DNA of 64,000 nucleotides from assembly GCF_009914755.1 (NCBI RefSeq), contig NC_060929.1; one strand, 5' to 3'. Within the stretch, counting starts at the first letter, position 1, and every line of letters begins with the position of its first letter. Both the position numbers and the translations under genes were made by a program. The stretch comes from the human T2T-CHM13v2.0 reference genome, Homo sapiens. Of the stretch, positions 18,465 to 31,932 are shown piece by piece. The notes under the pieces were generated by a model. It saw only the letters and a program-made list of their open reading frames with translations, was not told where the DNA came from and did no database searches.

Positions 18465-18592
18465 TACTCGAGAGGCTGAGGTGTCAGGATTGCTTGAGCC
18501 CAGGACTTCAAGGCTGCAGTGAGCTATGATCATGTGACTGCACTCCAGCCTGGGTGACAGAGCAAGACCTTGTCTCTAAAAAAAAATTTTGT
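18465..18592 (+). mobile_element. Truncated AluJ/FRAM right monomer inserted in MER6
   Basis: gaggctgagg...ggattgcttgagcccagg...gaccttgtctctaaaaaa. Degenerate TSD aaataattacttact / aaataatcatctcact. Confidence 0.88.
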
Positions 18593-19029
18593 AAAAATAA
18601 TCATCTCACTTGTTCTTATCCATCTTTCTTAAAGGTATGTATAGGTCACACTTAATTCATTGTTTAATATGAGAAGTATTTAGGTCTTTATTTAGAAGCT
18701 TGGTCATTGTTTTGTGACCAGAAACATGCCATAGGAACTTAACTCTTTTCTGTATCAGTTAATCTATGGTAACGTTGGTTTCATGATACTTTGTTTTGCT
18801 TAATTTTGCAGTTTCCAAGAACCTATTGATGGTATTAAGTGAGGACATATTGTATAGTCAAATGCTCCACCATCTTCTTTTGGTTTTTAAAAAAAATGGC
18901 AGTAACTAGAGATTTTAACACCACTGCTTTGGGAAAGCAATACATTAATACATCTCATTCAAGTTTTGGGTGGAAGAAGAAAGAAAAACTAAGTTAACTA
19001 AGTTGAGCTAATGTAAACAAACATTGAAA

Positions 19030-19410
19030 TTGTAAAGGCATTTTGGATAACTCATTGAACCTAAGAACTGTAACTACAGTTAGACCTCACAGGGACTGTG
19101 AGCATTCTTCTCTACTAACACACCTCTGCTTCACTGCCCTCATGGCTACGCCCTTTCTATGTCCACTTACTTCAGTCGACCAGCTTAGACACTCATGGAA
19201 CATCAAGGAATTCAGTGTAGATGATTGGCTCAGCCTGGGCCAGGCTTCTCCCCTGATTAAATCAGCTGTGGCCAGGGGAGCAATGTCAGGGAGTACACAG
19301 AGCACACTGAGCGCACTCTGCATGTGGTGGGAGGAGGGTTAGAGAGGCAGGGTTTGGAAAAGGGCTGCTCATGAGCTAGGCATTTGTCCAAAAATATGCC
19401 TACCACACTA
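19030..19410. mobile_element. MLT1-type (old MaLR) LTR
   Basis: gattggctcagcctgggccagg...aatcagctgtggccagggg motif. Boundaries approximate. Confidence 0.6.
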
Positions 19411-20544
19411 CATTAAAATAAAATTCAAGTAAAACTTGAAATGAGCTAGTCAACACAAATCTTACGTTTGGCCTATGTAATGTTTCTAAAATAATTAAAT
19501 GTTGTTCCATTACATTCTAGTATTTCTAGTCCATAGCTTTAAAAATGATATATTATGGGAAATACTTCTCTAGAGTATATTTCAGTGATCATATTCTTTT
19601 AAGAAGAAATTTAAATTATTTTTTATTTATAATTGGCAAAAGCTTATGACATTTGAAGCTTGTTTTACTTAATCAAGTATTCAGTAATTCAGCCACTCTG
19701 GGCCTTGAGCTCTTTGGGACAGAAGCACTGCATGTATAAATCTAACAATTACATTTGTCTCAGTCTTATCTGAGCCTGTGGTCAAGGCCAGACAGCTGCT
19801 GACAGGTTGAGTAATTCTAACTGATGGAACTAATGTCCTTCTGCGTAAAAGCAGACATTTTGAAAATGTCTCAATCTTTATCATGGTGAATCAGCTTAGA
19901 GTCATTTAGCAATCTGTACCCTCCTCCTTGACTCTTCCACCTACTGCACCACCGAGTTACGATGTTACATGGATGCACACAAGCATCTATCCAACATAAA
20001 TAATTAGTACTTTTGTTTAGAAGATGGATTAATCAATGATTCTTGCTTTGTATGAATTTTCATTCTTTAACAGGCAGTATTGATTATCCCAGCAACAACA
20101 CTTTACACAACCCCACTTATTTGAGTCCACATCCCTATATTAATTATAGAAAGAAAAAAAAAGTTGGATCTAGTAATTTTTAAAAATGAATTAGAACAAA
20201 GTTACATAAGCAACAACTCAAAACATGCTTCATAATTACAGATATAAGCAGATGTACATAGAGATATGGAGTGCTGGCAGGAAATAAAATTCAGAGACAC
20301 AAATCTCTAAGTAACCAAACATTTTTATCCTTCCCTGGTTTAGCCTAATACTAATCCCTCAAGGCTAATTTGGTACAGATACAATCTTACTCAGAAGCCT
20401 CAGTAAATAAAACATCTGAAAGCCTTCCCACAAACATTAGGAATGCTTATTTTTCAAATAGAAAAGTGTTTATCTTTTGTCTTTCACACTGTCTGACCTC
20501 TTAATAAGAGATTTAAGAAGAGGCAGTCACATTTTCCAGCATTG

Positions 20545-20760
20545 ACTATGTATGTGCTCAGCACTTTACATGTAACATCTCATTTAATCTTTATAATAAC
20601 CTTGTTGTATACATGCAACTGAGGCTCTGAAAATGTTGTGACTTGCCCAAGATTATCCACTTAAAGTATAACATTAATGAGTATGAATGAATTATAGACA
20701 TATAATAATATAGACATAATATATAATTCATTCATACTCACACTCTTTCTACCATACAAA
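20545..20760 (-). mobile_element. MIR interrupted by a hairpin insertion
   Basis: cactttacatgtaacatctcatttaatc...actgaggctc...tgacttgcccaaga, resuming as cactctttctaccatac. Confidence 0.7.
20678..20740. repeat. Perfect 19-bp inverted repeat with 25-nt spacer
   Basis: tgagtatgaatgaattata (20678-20696) and its exact reverse complement tataattcattcatactca (20722-20740). Confidence 0.95.
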
Positions 20761-21833
20761 ATTGAGAAGGAGGATTTATCCAGGCAATAAGTATTACTGT
20801 TTGAAATATGTATGGCATGGCATTCAATATTGTTACTGTACTAAATGATAATTAAATATGAGCATTCCTTATGGAAAGAAGACACTAGAAGACTTAGATC
20901 CAAGTTAGGTGTGGGATTTGGAGCCAACATAGCATTTATAGGCCTCAGTTTTCTTACTCTTATTTATTTAATGTGTCCCCTCATCCCCCTTCACTCTACA
21001 CACTTGTCCCATTTATATGTTTTATCTCAGTAGGAAATAACAGATATAAGATGTGATGTAAATATAATATAAAAGAAATATTGCCCTTAATTATTTGTGT
21101 CCCACTTATTTGGAAACTAAGGTTCAAGAAAGTAAATACCACCCCATCTCTTTCACTGCTGTATCCCCAGCACCTACACTGGTCTGTGAAATTTAGTAAG
21201 CAATAAATATTTGTCATGTGAATGAACAAAAGGGAGAGAGTATAAATTGGGAAACATGGACCACAAAATGAACACCACTATAGTACTTTCTCTCTGTGCG
21301 ATCATTTTCTGTTTATTTGTCTACACCTTCCACTGGACACTGAGATCAAGGTTGTCTTCAACGTTATTTCCCCACTAGAACAGTATCTGGCCCTGCCATA
21401 TGATAGGCCCTCAATAAATAAAAATTGTCAAAAAGCTTGAAAATATAGGGCTTTTTATTTCATTATCACCTGGAAGTTAATGTGGGAAGTAGGTTTGCAT
21501 ATCAGAGTATGTTTCTTCAAAGACACGTTTACAAAACAGTCATAGAAGATTGTAACTGAGAGTAAATCAGAGCAAATTAAGGCAAATAAAAAATACAGCA
21601 AATCAACTAAATATTTCCCTGTGTTTCCAGAATTTTGAGGTATCCTGAATTTCTTGGATAAGAATGAAATTGTTATGAAAGAATGAATGTATGAACTAAC
21701 TTAAAAAAATCAAAACTAATTATTAAGTAGATCCTGGCCTTTTGTTGGTCGGTAACATTGCCTAAGCCAGTAGAGTTTGTGTTCTGTGCCATTAAAGAAG
21801 AGCCTGTTCATTTTATGTTGTTTTCTTCCTTAG

Positions 21834-22012
21834 TCTGTGAATTTCTGGTACGTGCTGGTGATGAATGATGAGCACACAGAGAGGCGATATCTGCTGTTTT
21901 TCCTTCTGAGTTGGGGACTACCAGCTTTTGTGGTGATTCTCCTCATAGTTATTTTGAAAGGAATCTATCATCAGAGCATGTCACAGATCTATGGACTCAT
22001 TCATGGTGACCT
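21834..22012 (+). CDS. ADGRV1: ADGRV1 internal coding exon, ICL2, TM4 and ECL2 (probably exon 85)
   Basis: Acceptor ttgttttcttccttAG at 21833 and donor CT|GTAAGT at 22013. 179 nt. Translates to [59 protein letters not shown](L), in frame with the previous exon (WMLIQ|SVNFWY) and with the family-B TM4 motif WGxP. Confidence 0.97.
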
Positions 22013-22565
22013 GTAAGTACACCCAGGCAACACATTGCCCTAGCTTTCATGTACCTAAGCAGATTTCGTTGCCATAAGAGCTGTGATTGAATAAGTACCA
22101 GGAAGATCTTTGCTTTTCTGCCACAGTGTCTGAAGCTCTGCTTACTCTAATTACTCTTTTAAATAGGAAGCTGTGGCCTCTCAAGTTTCTTTGGTAGATG
22201 CAGTTTTCTCAAGTGAGTTGGTGTATCAAACAGTTCATGGTAATTTGTACCTTAGCATTTAGTTTATTAGATTGGAGCAAACTAATATTTAGCAAAATCA
22301 GGGCACTATGAAATTTTTGATAAAGAATTTGTGAAAACAGTTGGAGTGTGGCACATTCTCTAAGCAGTGTGTTTTTGGTGAGGGTGGGGGATGGCAGCCA
22401 CCATCACCCATAAGATCCCTGAATACTGAACGACTGCCTCACAGTGAATGGAGAGTGTCTGAAGAAGTGCATAGGAACAAGACAAGATCACCTTGGTCTT
22501 AGATATTCTTATTAAAATACCCTTTTAATCTTGAAATCTTAACACTTTTTTATGTACATATGCAC

Positions 22566-22607
22566 ATATATATGCATAATATATATATATATATTATGCA
22601 TATATAT
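22566..22607. repeat. Perfect 42-bp AT-rich palindrome
   Basis: atatatatgcataa(ta)7ttatgcatatatat is self-complementary about 22586/22587. Confidence 0.92.
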
Positions 22608-23689
22608 ATATATATGTGACTTAATCCTAAATCCGGTATGTTGTAGCTTTGAGGACCACTGAGCCCCTCTTAATAGCTCCACATGTAGGGGGTGGAAAAA
22701 CACTTTGCAATAATAAAGCTCAACCAATTCTTGGTATAAGGAAGAGAAAAAGTAGAATTCTAAATAAGAAAAAATAGCCTATTCACAATCTTTTGAAGAC
22801 AGTATTACTTAATTATCTCACAGGTTATTATGAAGATAAAATTAGCTAGTAGACATGAAAAATATTGAAAGTTAAAGTACTATATCAGCAGTCATTTTAA
22901 TAGAATTATTGCTTATGATCAATTATATACTTAATAAATACTTGTTATTGATGTATACAAATGTATTTCACACATAGGCAATCACAGACACATACCCCAT
23001 ACCACATTCAGATAAAGGAGGCTAGCTATGTAAAACACACCTAAACACACAAACGTACACAAACATGCAAACACAATACACACACTAATATACTATGTAT
23101 TTTTGTAATTCTGTCTTTTTATTGAAATTCAAAAGACTCCCTAATACTGATTATTTTATAATATTATAATGTATTTTATGCATATACAAGTCTATATTCC
23201 TATAATCTTCTAAAAAGGAACGATGGCATCTTTCAGAATTATATTATGATTTTTTACATTTTACTATCCCTTGCATTAATTTAAATCGTGGACTGCCAGG
23301 ATTAATTTCAGAAAATTCTACGTCATTCTTTGTGATATGCAAAGTAACCACGAAGCAAGCCGTGGTGGCTAGCAGATCATTCTTTTCATGAGCTCCCTGG
23401 CAAGACAGGACTTATTTAATTTTAGCATTACATGTATACCCATCCAGCCTTGCTAAATGGACCCAATGAATGTAATATTAATTAGAAAAAACTATCTTGA
23501 TCCTTTTAAAAGGATTTTTAAAGGGAGAAATAAACTATGATCAAAGAATGTCCAAATGAGCTTACTCAAAGTATTTGCCTTCTTAAGCTTTTGGTAAATG
23601 TTCTCTATGACCAACTAAATTATAATAAGTGAAATGTAAAATATAGTTACTTCTACCTGGTTTTAATCTTAAAGATTTGTTAGACCAGA

Positions 23690-23981
<292 letters not shown>

Positions 23982-25134
23982 TTATTAGATCAGCGTGTCT
24001 AACCTTTGCATTACAGGTTACTTTTCTCCTTAATTCACAAAGAATATTCCTAAGTCATTCCCATACGAATTTATTCTAGCTTATAAAAATTCTATATCTT
24101 ACTTCAATTTTAATATAAGGTTATAAACTGATATATTATTTATACTAAAATATTGTATACTTATATCATCATTTTAAAGCATGCCATTTCTCTAGAGGTC
24201 ATAATAGATTGATGGTTGTATGAACTAATGGCCCATCTGTTGGGCAGTGGTTACTTCATAGTATTTTGCTTGTCTTCTAGGCTCTTCCCTAGAAGAATTT
24301 TAAAATTCTTAGCTCATTATGGAAGAGCTAAGAATTTTTAAAAATGCCTCAAGGGGAAAATCTCCAAGTGTCTTGTTCACTTCTTTCTGGAACGTGTTTT
24401 CTCAAGTTCTCTTTCCTGCCAGCCCTGAAGTCTAATTTTTGTCTCCTTAGCTCTTTGAGATTGCCAGATAATTCGCTGGCTTTCCTGACTCTCAGCATCT
24501 TTCCTCATCCTGGATTTTCAGTCTCCCTTTCTTCTCCAAGTATTAATAGGCGGATACCCTGAAGGGAAAAGTGGTATGCTGAATGTAGCGCTGATTTCAA
24601 TAAGCTTCTCTTCTTTACAAGATTGGCCTGTCAATGTTGGCTGCCTCAACAGCTTTACAGTGCCTTCAAACAAATGGTTTTGTTTGGTTGATTTTGCTTT
24701 AGTTTTATTTTGTCTGATTATTCTAGATGGAATTATAAATCATGTACAAGCTATTTCATTATACATAGTTCAGTATTTTAAGATGGATTTTATAGATAGT
24801 GTGCATGTCTGCATTTTAAATAGTAATACCCTGGTTAAGTGTTACTGATTAAATATAGACAAAGTCCAAAATTTTACCAAATTTATATAATCTAGGGTTA
24901 AATTTCTTATGGAAAGCAGTGAAAATACTTTAAATACTGGTGTTTCCTAAGTGCTGACTTTGGTCTACTTTTCCCCCTGTACGTTGTTATCTATTCTTAT
25001 GGCTTGACATTTTCTATATGATAACCCCTGAAGTTGTGTCTCTAGCCTATAAAACACTTTTCTGAGCTCCATACCCATATTATATATTCAAATGTCTTAT
25101 AAATATCTTTACCAGAGTGACACACAGCTATTTC

Positions 25135-25777
25135 TTTTTTTTTTATTATACTTTAAGTTTTAGGGTACATGTGCACAACGTGCAGGTTAGTTACATATGT
25201 ATACATGTGCCATGTTGGCGTGCTGCACCCATTAACTCGTCATTTAAATTAGGTATATCTCCTAATGCTATCCCTCCCCCCTCCCCCCACCCCACAACAG
25301 GCCCCGGTGTGTGATGTTCCCCTTCCTATGTCCATGTGTTCTCATTGTTCAATTCCCACCTATGAGTAAGAACATGTGGTGTTTGGTTTTTTGTCCTTGG
25401 GATAGTTTGCTGAGAATGATGGTTTCCAGCTTCATCCATGTCCCTACAAAGGACATGAACTCATCATTTTTTATGGCTGCATAGTATTCCATGGTGTATA
25501 TGTACCACATTTTCTTAATCCAGTCTATCATTGTTGGACATTTGGGTTGGTTCCAAGTCTTTGCTATTGTGAATAGTGCCACAGTAAACATACGTGTGCA
25601 TGTGTCTTTATAGCAGCATGATTTATAATCCTTTGGGTATATACCCAGTAATGGGATCGCTGGGTCAAATGGTATTTCTAGTTCTAGATCCCTGAGGAAT
25701 CGCCACACTGACTTCCACAATGGTTGAACTAGTTTACAGTCCCACCAACAGTGTAAAAGTGTTCCTATTTCTTCACA
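25135..25777 (-). mobile_element. 5'-truncated L1PA (PA3/PA4-type) 3' end, antisense
   Basis: ttattatactttaagttttagggtacatgtgcac 3' end. ORF 25349-25720 is the ORF2 C-terminus (...LIGGN*). Short TSD ctatttc on both sides. Confidence 0.95.
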
Positions 25778-26309
25778 CTATTTCATATTTAGTATGTTTA
25801 AAATTGATATCCTAAAATGCTTTGACCCACATTCTCTATGAAATGTCCACTATCCACCCACATACACAGGTTGTGAACCCAAGTTACTTTCTACTTCTTT
25901 CACCTTACACTCAATATTCTATAATCATGAATTATTTTCTAATCTAACTCCTAAATGTTTGTTTTCCTAATCCAGTTTCTCATTTCAACCATCATCTCTT
26001 ATTTCATCTCTTCAGTTCAGCTTCTGTCTTCTTTGGTATGTTGCGTTGCCTCCTAACTTGTGCCCCTATCTATAATTTCTTCATTTTATAATCTATCCAT
26101 TAAGTTCTGAAATATGGAAATGATTGTATTACTCTGATGCTTAAAACCCAATGGTTGCCTTTTGTTACCTTCAAGGTTGTAGCTTGATAGGTCATCCATG
26201 GTTTCACACTAAACTGCTGAACCAGTTTTTTAAAAATCATTCTTCCCACTCTCCTCCCTTGTTTTCCTTTGTAACTGAATTGCTTGATGTTTCCCATGAT
26301 CTCTTATTT

Positions 26310-26609
<300 letters not shown>

Positions 26610-26966
26610 TGATCTCTTATTTGTATACCTTTGAATATATCTTTTATATCTCAAATCCCTTTCTTTCATTTGTCTACCTACAAAGTCCCTGTTTTTCCTC
26701 AAAGCATCAACTTAAATATCAACTTAGTAAAGTATCTGTTTTCAGATTAAAACCCTACCTCTTATATATAGCCTTGGTAGACTCACAACCCTTCATAAAT
26801 CCTAAGATTGTACTAATTATACTATATTGAAAATATTTGTTTATGCCAGCCATGTAACTTGAAATTCAGCCTGGAGAACAGTGATTACTTACAGACTCTA
26901 TGGAAAGGGTTGGTAAGTTTATCCCTTAGTGGAAATATCTAAACTAGAAAAAGGAAGGCCTTAACA

Positions 26967-27147
26967 ATGCACCGTTCACAATAGGGTTCATACTCCTATT
27001 ATAATCTAATGCCTCCACTGATCTGACAGGAGGCAGACCTTAAGCGGTAATGCTGGCTCTCCCACCGCTCACCTCCTGCTGTGCGGCCCTATTCCTAGTA
27101 GGCCATGGGCAGGTACCAGTCCACGGCCCTGGGTTTGGAGACCCCTA
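26967..27147 (+). mobile_element. MER1B (hAT-Charlie) 3' half
   Basis: gttcacaatagggttc...ctgatctgacaggaggc...gctcacctcctgctgtgcggcc...ggtttggagacccct. Confidence 0.85.
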
Positions 27148-27932
27148 AAGGATATATTTATCGCTTTTGAAATTAGTGCTAGAAATGCTTCCAACTTCTT
27201 TTCTATCTTATAATTGGACGGTGCTTAAACTAAAACAAAGGCAAAAGTAAATGAAATCTGCCCCTGAGTGATTGCTATTGGTTACCCGAAGTAACTCTAT
27301 TGAGAGTACCTGGAAGTAGTCTCTATTGAGTAGTTTTATATTGAATGTCTTTGGAAGTAGTCACCTAGTTTTCTTGGGACAGATTCTTGGCTACTTTAGG
27401 TAAAGAAAACAAGCTAAAGGAGACCTTATCATGCAAAGTGTAGGGAGGGGAAAAGAGAATATAAAAAGAGTCAAGACCCAGGGTGGAAGTAAAGGGAATG
27501 TGGTCCTGAGGAATGTTCATACATAGAGAATATGCCTTTTATCTGGAACCCCAGTTATGTGAATATTGATAGAGTGATTGGAGTGAGTGTCAAAGACATG
27601 CCATACAGAGGTGAGAGGACAATGAAGACATTACTTTGATCTCAATATTCTAACTTCTAAGCAACCCCAACACATTAATAAATGTCAATAACAGTAAAAA
27701 TGACACAATAAAGATGATAGGTTGTTTTGTACTTCTAAAATGCCTGCTTTGTTTCATCCTTACTAATTCATATGAATTCAAGCTTAAGAAAAATCAACAA
27801 ATAACTTATTGAATAATGACTATATACAAAGGCTTAAGTGAATTCTCTTATGCCTAAGCTTAGAATTTGATTGTAATGAAAAAATTGCGTAACTTCATAA
27901 CTTAATTTTAAAATTGATTACTGTTTTTTAGT

Positions 27933-28069
27933 TTTTTTGTTTTTTGTCTTTAATTTGTAGAGACAAGGTCTTGCTGTGTTGGCCAGGCTAGTCTCAAACT
28001 CCTGAGCTCATGCAATTTTCCCACCTCCCAAAGTGCTAGGATTACAGGCATGAGCCATCATGTCCAGCC
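27933..28069 (-). mobile_element. FLAM/Alu left monomer
   Basis: gtagagacaaggtcttgctgtgttggccaggctagtctcaaactcctgagctca...cccaaagtgctaggattacaggcatgagcc. Confidence 0.88.
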
Positions 28070-29649
28070 TAGTTTTTTAGTATTTCAGTTTTTTAGTATT
28101 TCAGCATTATGTTTTACTTTAGATACACTAAACAAATCTTTATTATAACCTACTCTGATTATCCTGCTTCTGAACTAAATTACCAGTTTTGCTAAATCCT
28201 CTGAAAATAATCTAATTTTGCAAGCTATATTAGAAGAAATGTTATTAATATAGAGGACAAATCTCTATTCTAAATTAGAACTAAGTAGAAGTAATTGTAC
28301 TCTATGGGAAATATGATATCATATGAGAGTCTTTATTTTCATTAAATTACTTTAAAAGAGAATCATGAAAAAAAAGTTTGTTAGAGAGCACATTTACTTA
28401 TTGTCTGAGGAGTGAACAAAGTCACCATACATCTTTGAAAAGGAATGTTGTCAGGATCTCTTCATGCATTTGCTCAGGTAGGGATATATTACTGCCTGTG
28501 GGTGCACATGCACACGCATACAGAAACACAAGTACATCCACATAAAAATAGCAACCTTAGACTAGCATTTTCTATCTATTCAGACCTTAAAATTAAAAAA
28601 TCTTGAAAGTACGCTTCCCCACGAAGTCTTCTTAGGTTAATGGAATCTAAGAGTTAGATGTCTAGCTTGCTTTAATAAAGTTTCCCACACATCCTTAAAA
28701 CATGATTCAAATTCTTATTCAAAGGCCTGTTAACTCCTTCAAATTTTTATTCTAAACATGCTCAGTATATCTGACTTTTTATGGCGATTAATTATACAAT
28801 TTGTTCTGCTAATACCTTGTTCTCTTAGTTTGATTTTTACATTATTATCACTCCAAACCACAACCTTAGCTTTTCTGATTACTGCTTTGTCTCTCTGAGA
28901 AAAATCCAACTAATGTTTTGAGTTATATCTCTCTTGGCTTCCCTTAGTTCCTGGATCCGCTTTGCACAGAAGGTGGAACCTAGGTGTAAAAAGAACTTTA
29001 TCAAGCTTTTCATCCAATCTCCGTGTAGTTCTTGAGTAACCTTCACAGCATTGCTGACAAACATTCTTTCACTTTATGTTTGAACTCTTCCGTGAGAAAG
29101 AACACACTTTCTCCCAAGACTTCTTTGTGTAGAATAGGAAGCTATCTCTTTTAGATTCTGGTTTAATTTCTAATTGCTGGGTTCATTGCAAGCAAGCAAA
29201 ATAATGTGATATTTTCCACATGATACTCCTTTAAATATTTCTCCCAGTTCTTTTTTCCAAGCTAAACATTTCTGATTGGTTTATATAGTTTTTCATGCAA
29301 CATCTCTTCACTATTTTGATAGATCTCTTCTAAACTTGTTTTATGTCAATTCTTTTTACTTTTAAGAATTTTAAACTTATAGAAAAATTGCAAAAATTAT
29401 AGAGTTTACATATACCTTTTATCCAGTGTGCATACATACTTACATAATTATAGCACAATGATCATAACTAGGAAATTAACAATGATAAAACCCTTTAAAC
29501 TGCAAACCTTGTTCAAATTTCACCAGTTTTCCCCCAATGTCTTTTTTCTACTCTGAAATCCAATGCACTATGTCCCATTATCTTTAGTGCTTGTGTGTCC
29601 TTGGTCTTCAATCTGACAATTTCTCTGTCTTTCCTTGGTTTTCACTTTT

Positions 29650-29947
<298 letters not shown>

Positions 29948-30518
29948 GGTTTTCACTTTTGAAGAGTACTGGTCAGTTATTTTATAGAATAACTCCAAAC
30001 TTGTCTAATGTTTTTTTCAACATTAGATGGAATTTACACATTTTTGGCTAGAATGACACAGAGTGTTAAAGTACAAGTTTTTTCATATGAACATATGTTT
30101 TCAATTCTCTTGAGTATATGTCTAGGAGTAGAATTTGTTGGGTCATATGATTTAACTTGCTGGTTTCAAGTATCTCGTTGTCTTTGGCTTTCAACAGTTT
30201 ATATATCTAGGTGTGGGTCTCTCGGAGTGGAGTCTGTGAAACTTCTTGGATGTGTGGATTAATGTTTTTAATCAGTTTGGGGAGTTTTCAGCCATTGTTT
30301 TATCAAATATCCTTTCTCCTCCTCTCCTCTGAGTCTTTTATTATGCATATATTGGTACATTTGATGCTGTTCCACAAAAATCTAAGGCTATGTTAATTTT
30401 TTTGGTTCTATTTTTTTTTCTGTTCCTCAGACATGGTAACCACAATTGACCTGTCTTCACATTTACCAATTTTTTTTTTTTCTTCCTGGTTATACCTATT
30501 GTTTGGCATCATTAGTGA

Positions 30519-30965
<447 letters not shown>

Positions 30966-31932
30966 TAGACATAGTTTCTTTTATGTTTTGAACATAATTA
31001 AAATAGCTAATTTAAAGTATTTGTTCAGTAAATCTAACATCTGGGTTGCCTGAGGGATAGTTTCTATTCATTATTTTCTTGTGTATACATCATATCTTCT
31101 TGGTTTTTTGCATATTTTGTAAATTTTTGTTGAAAATTGGACATTCTATGTGGAAATTTTAGAAATCATAAATTTTTCTCTCAGGATTTGTTGTTTCTGT
31201 TCACAGTAGTAGTTGCTATTTATTGACTTTTCTGAATTTACAGATTTAATTTCGTATATCTATATTCTTTGTCACACGTGGCCACTGACATCTCTGTTTC
31301 ATTAATTTAGTGGTCAGCTAATGATTGAACAGAGATTTCCTTAAATGCCTGTAATGAAGAAATCTCCTAGTCTTTGCCAGAAGGCTCTATGTGCATGTTG
31401 GGGCATGACTTCAACACTCTACCAGGAAGTTAGTAACTGCCTTAACCTTCACATTATATATACCCTCAAAGTCAACCAGTGGTAAGAGAGTCTAGGGCCT
31501 TCTCAGGTCTTTCCTGAACATGAGCAAAGCCTCAAGCATGCACATGGCATTTTAAATTCCCAGGAATGTATTGGAGCTTTCCAAAGCTTATGTGTATATC
31601 TCATGCTCCAGCTTTTCTTTTAAGCTTTTGAGGTTTTTTGCTCCATTGTTGTTATCCACTGGCTCAGATAGCCATGATGTTAAATCACTTGCTTTTAGTT
31701 GTTTTTAACAAGTAACTTCCTGTCTCCTTACCCTATACCCAAGGAATAGATTTTTTGCATTGGCTGAACTCTGAGATACGTGAAATACAGAAAGCCTTGC
31801 AAGTTGGGATTTTCTTTGGGACTGAAGCTTTGAAAGAGCTCCAGCTTCATTTTGCTCCCCAAACCTCCTCCCCTATGGGTGCCAGAGTGTACCCAGAATG
31901 AGGGCTATTTTTCCAGGCTATATGAGTCTAGA

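Larger units (their letters stand above)
17366..18852 (+). mobile_element. MER6 (TcMar-Tigger) DNA transposon, complete, with two nested insertions
   Basis: Termini ta|caacaggtcctcaagtaat... and ...ttaagtgaggacatattg|ta with TA TSDs. Internal gtggagtttgcatgttctccccatg... segment as recalled for MER6. Confidence 0.85.
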
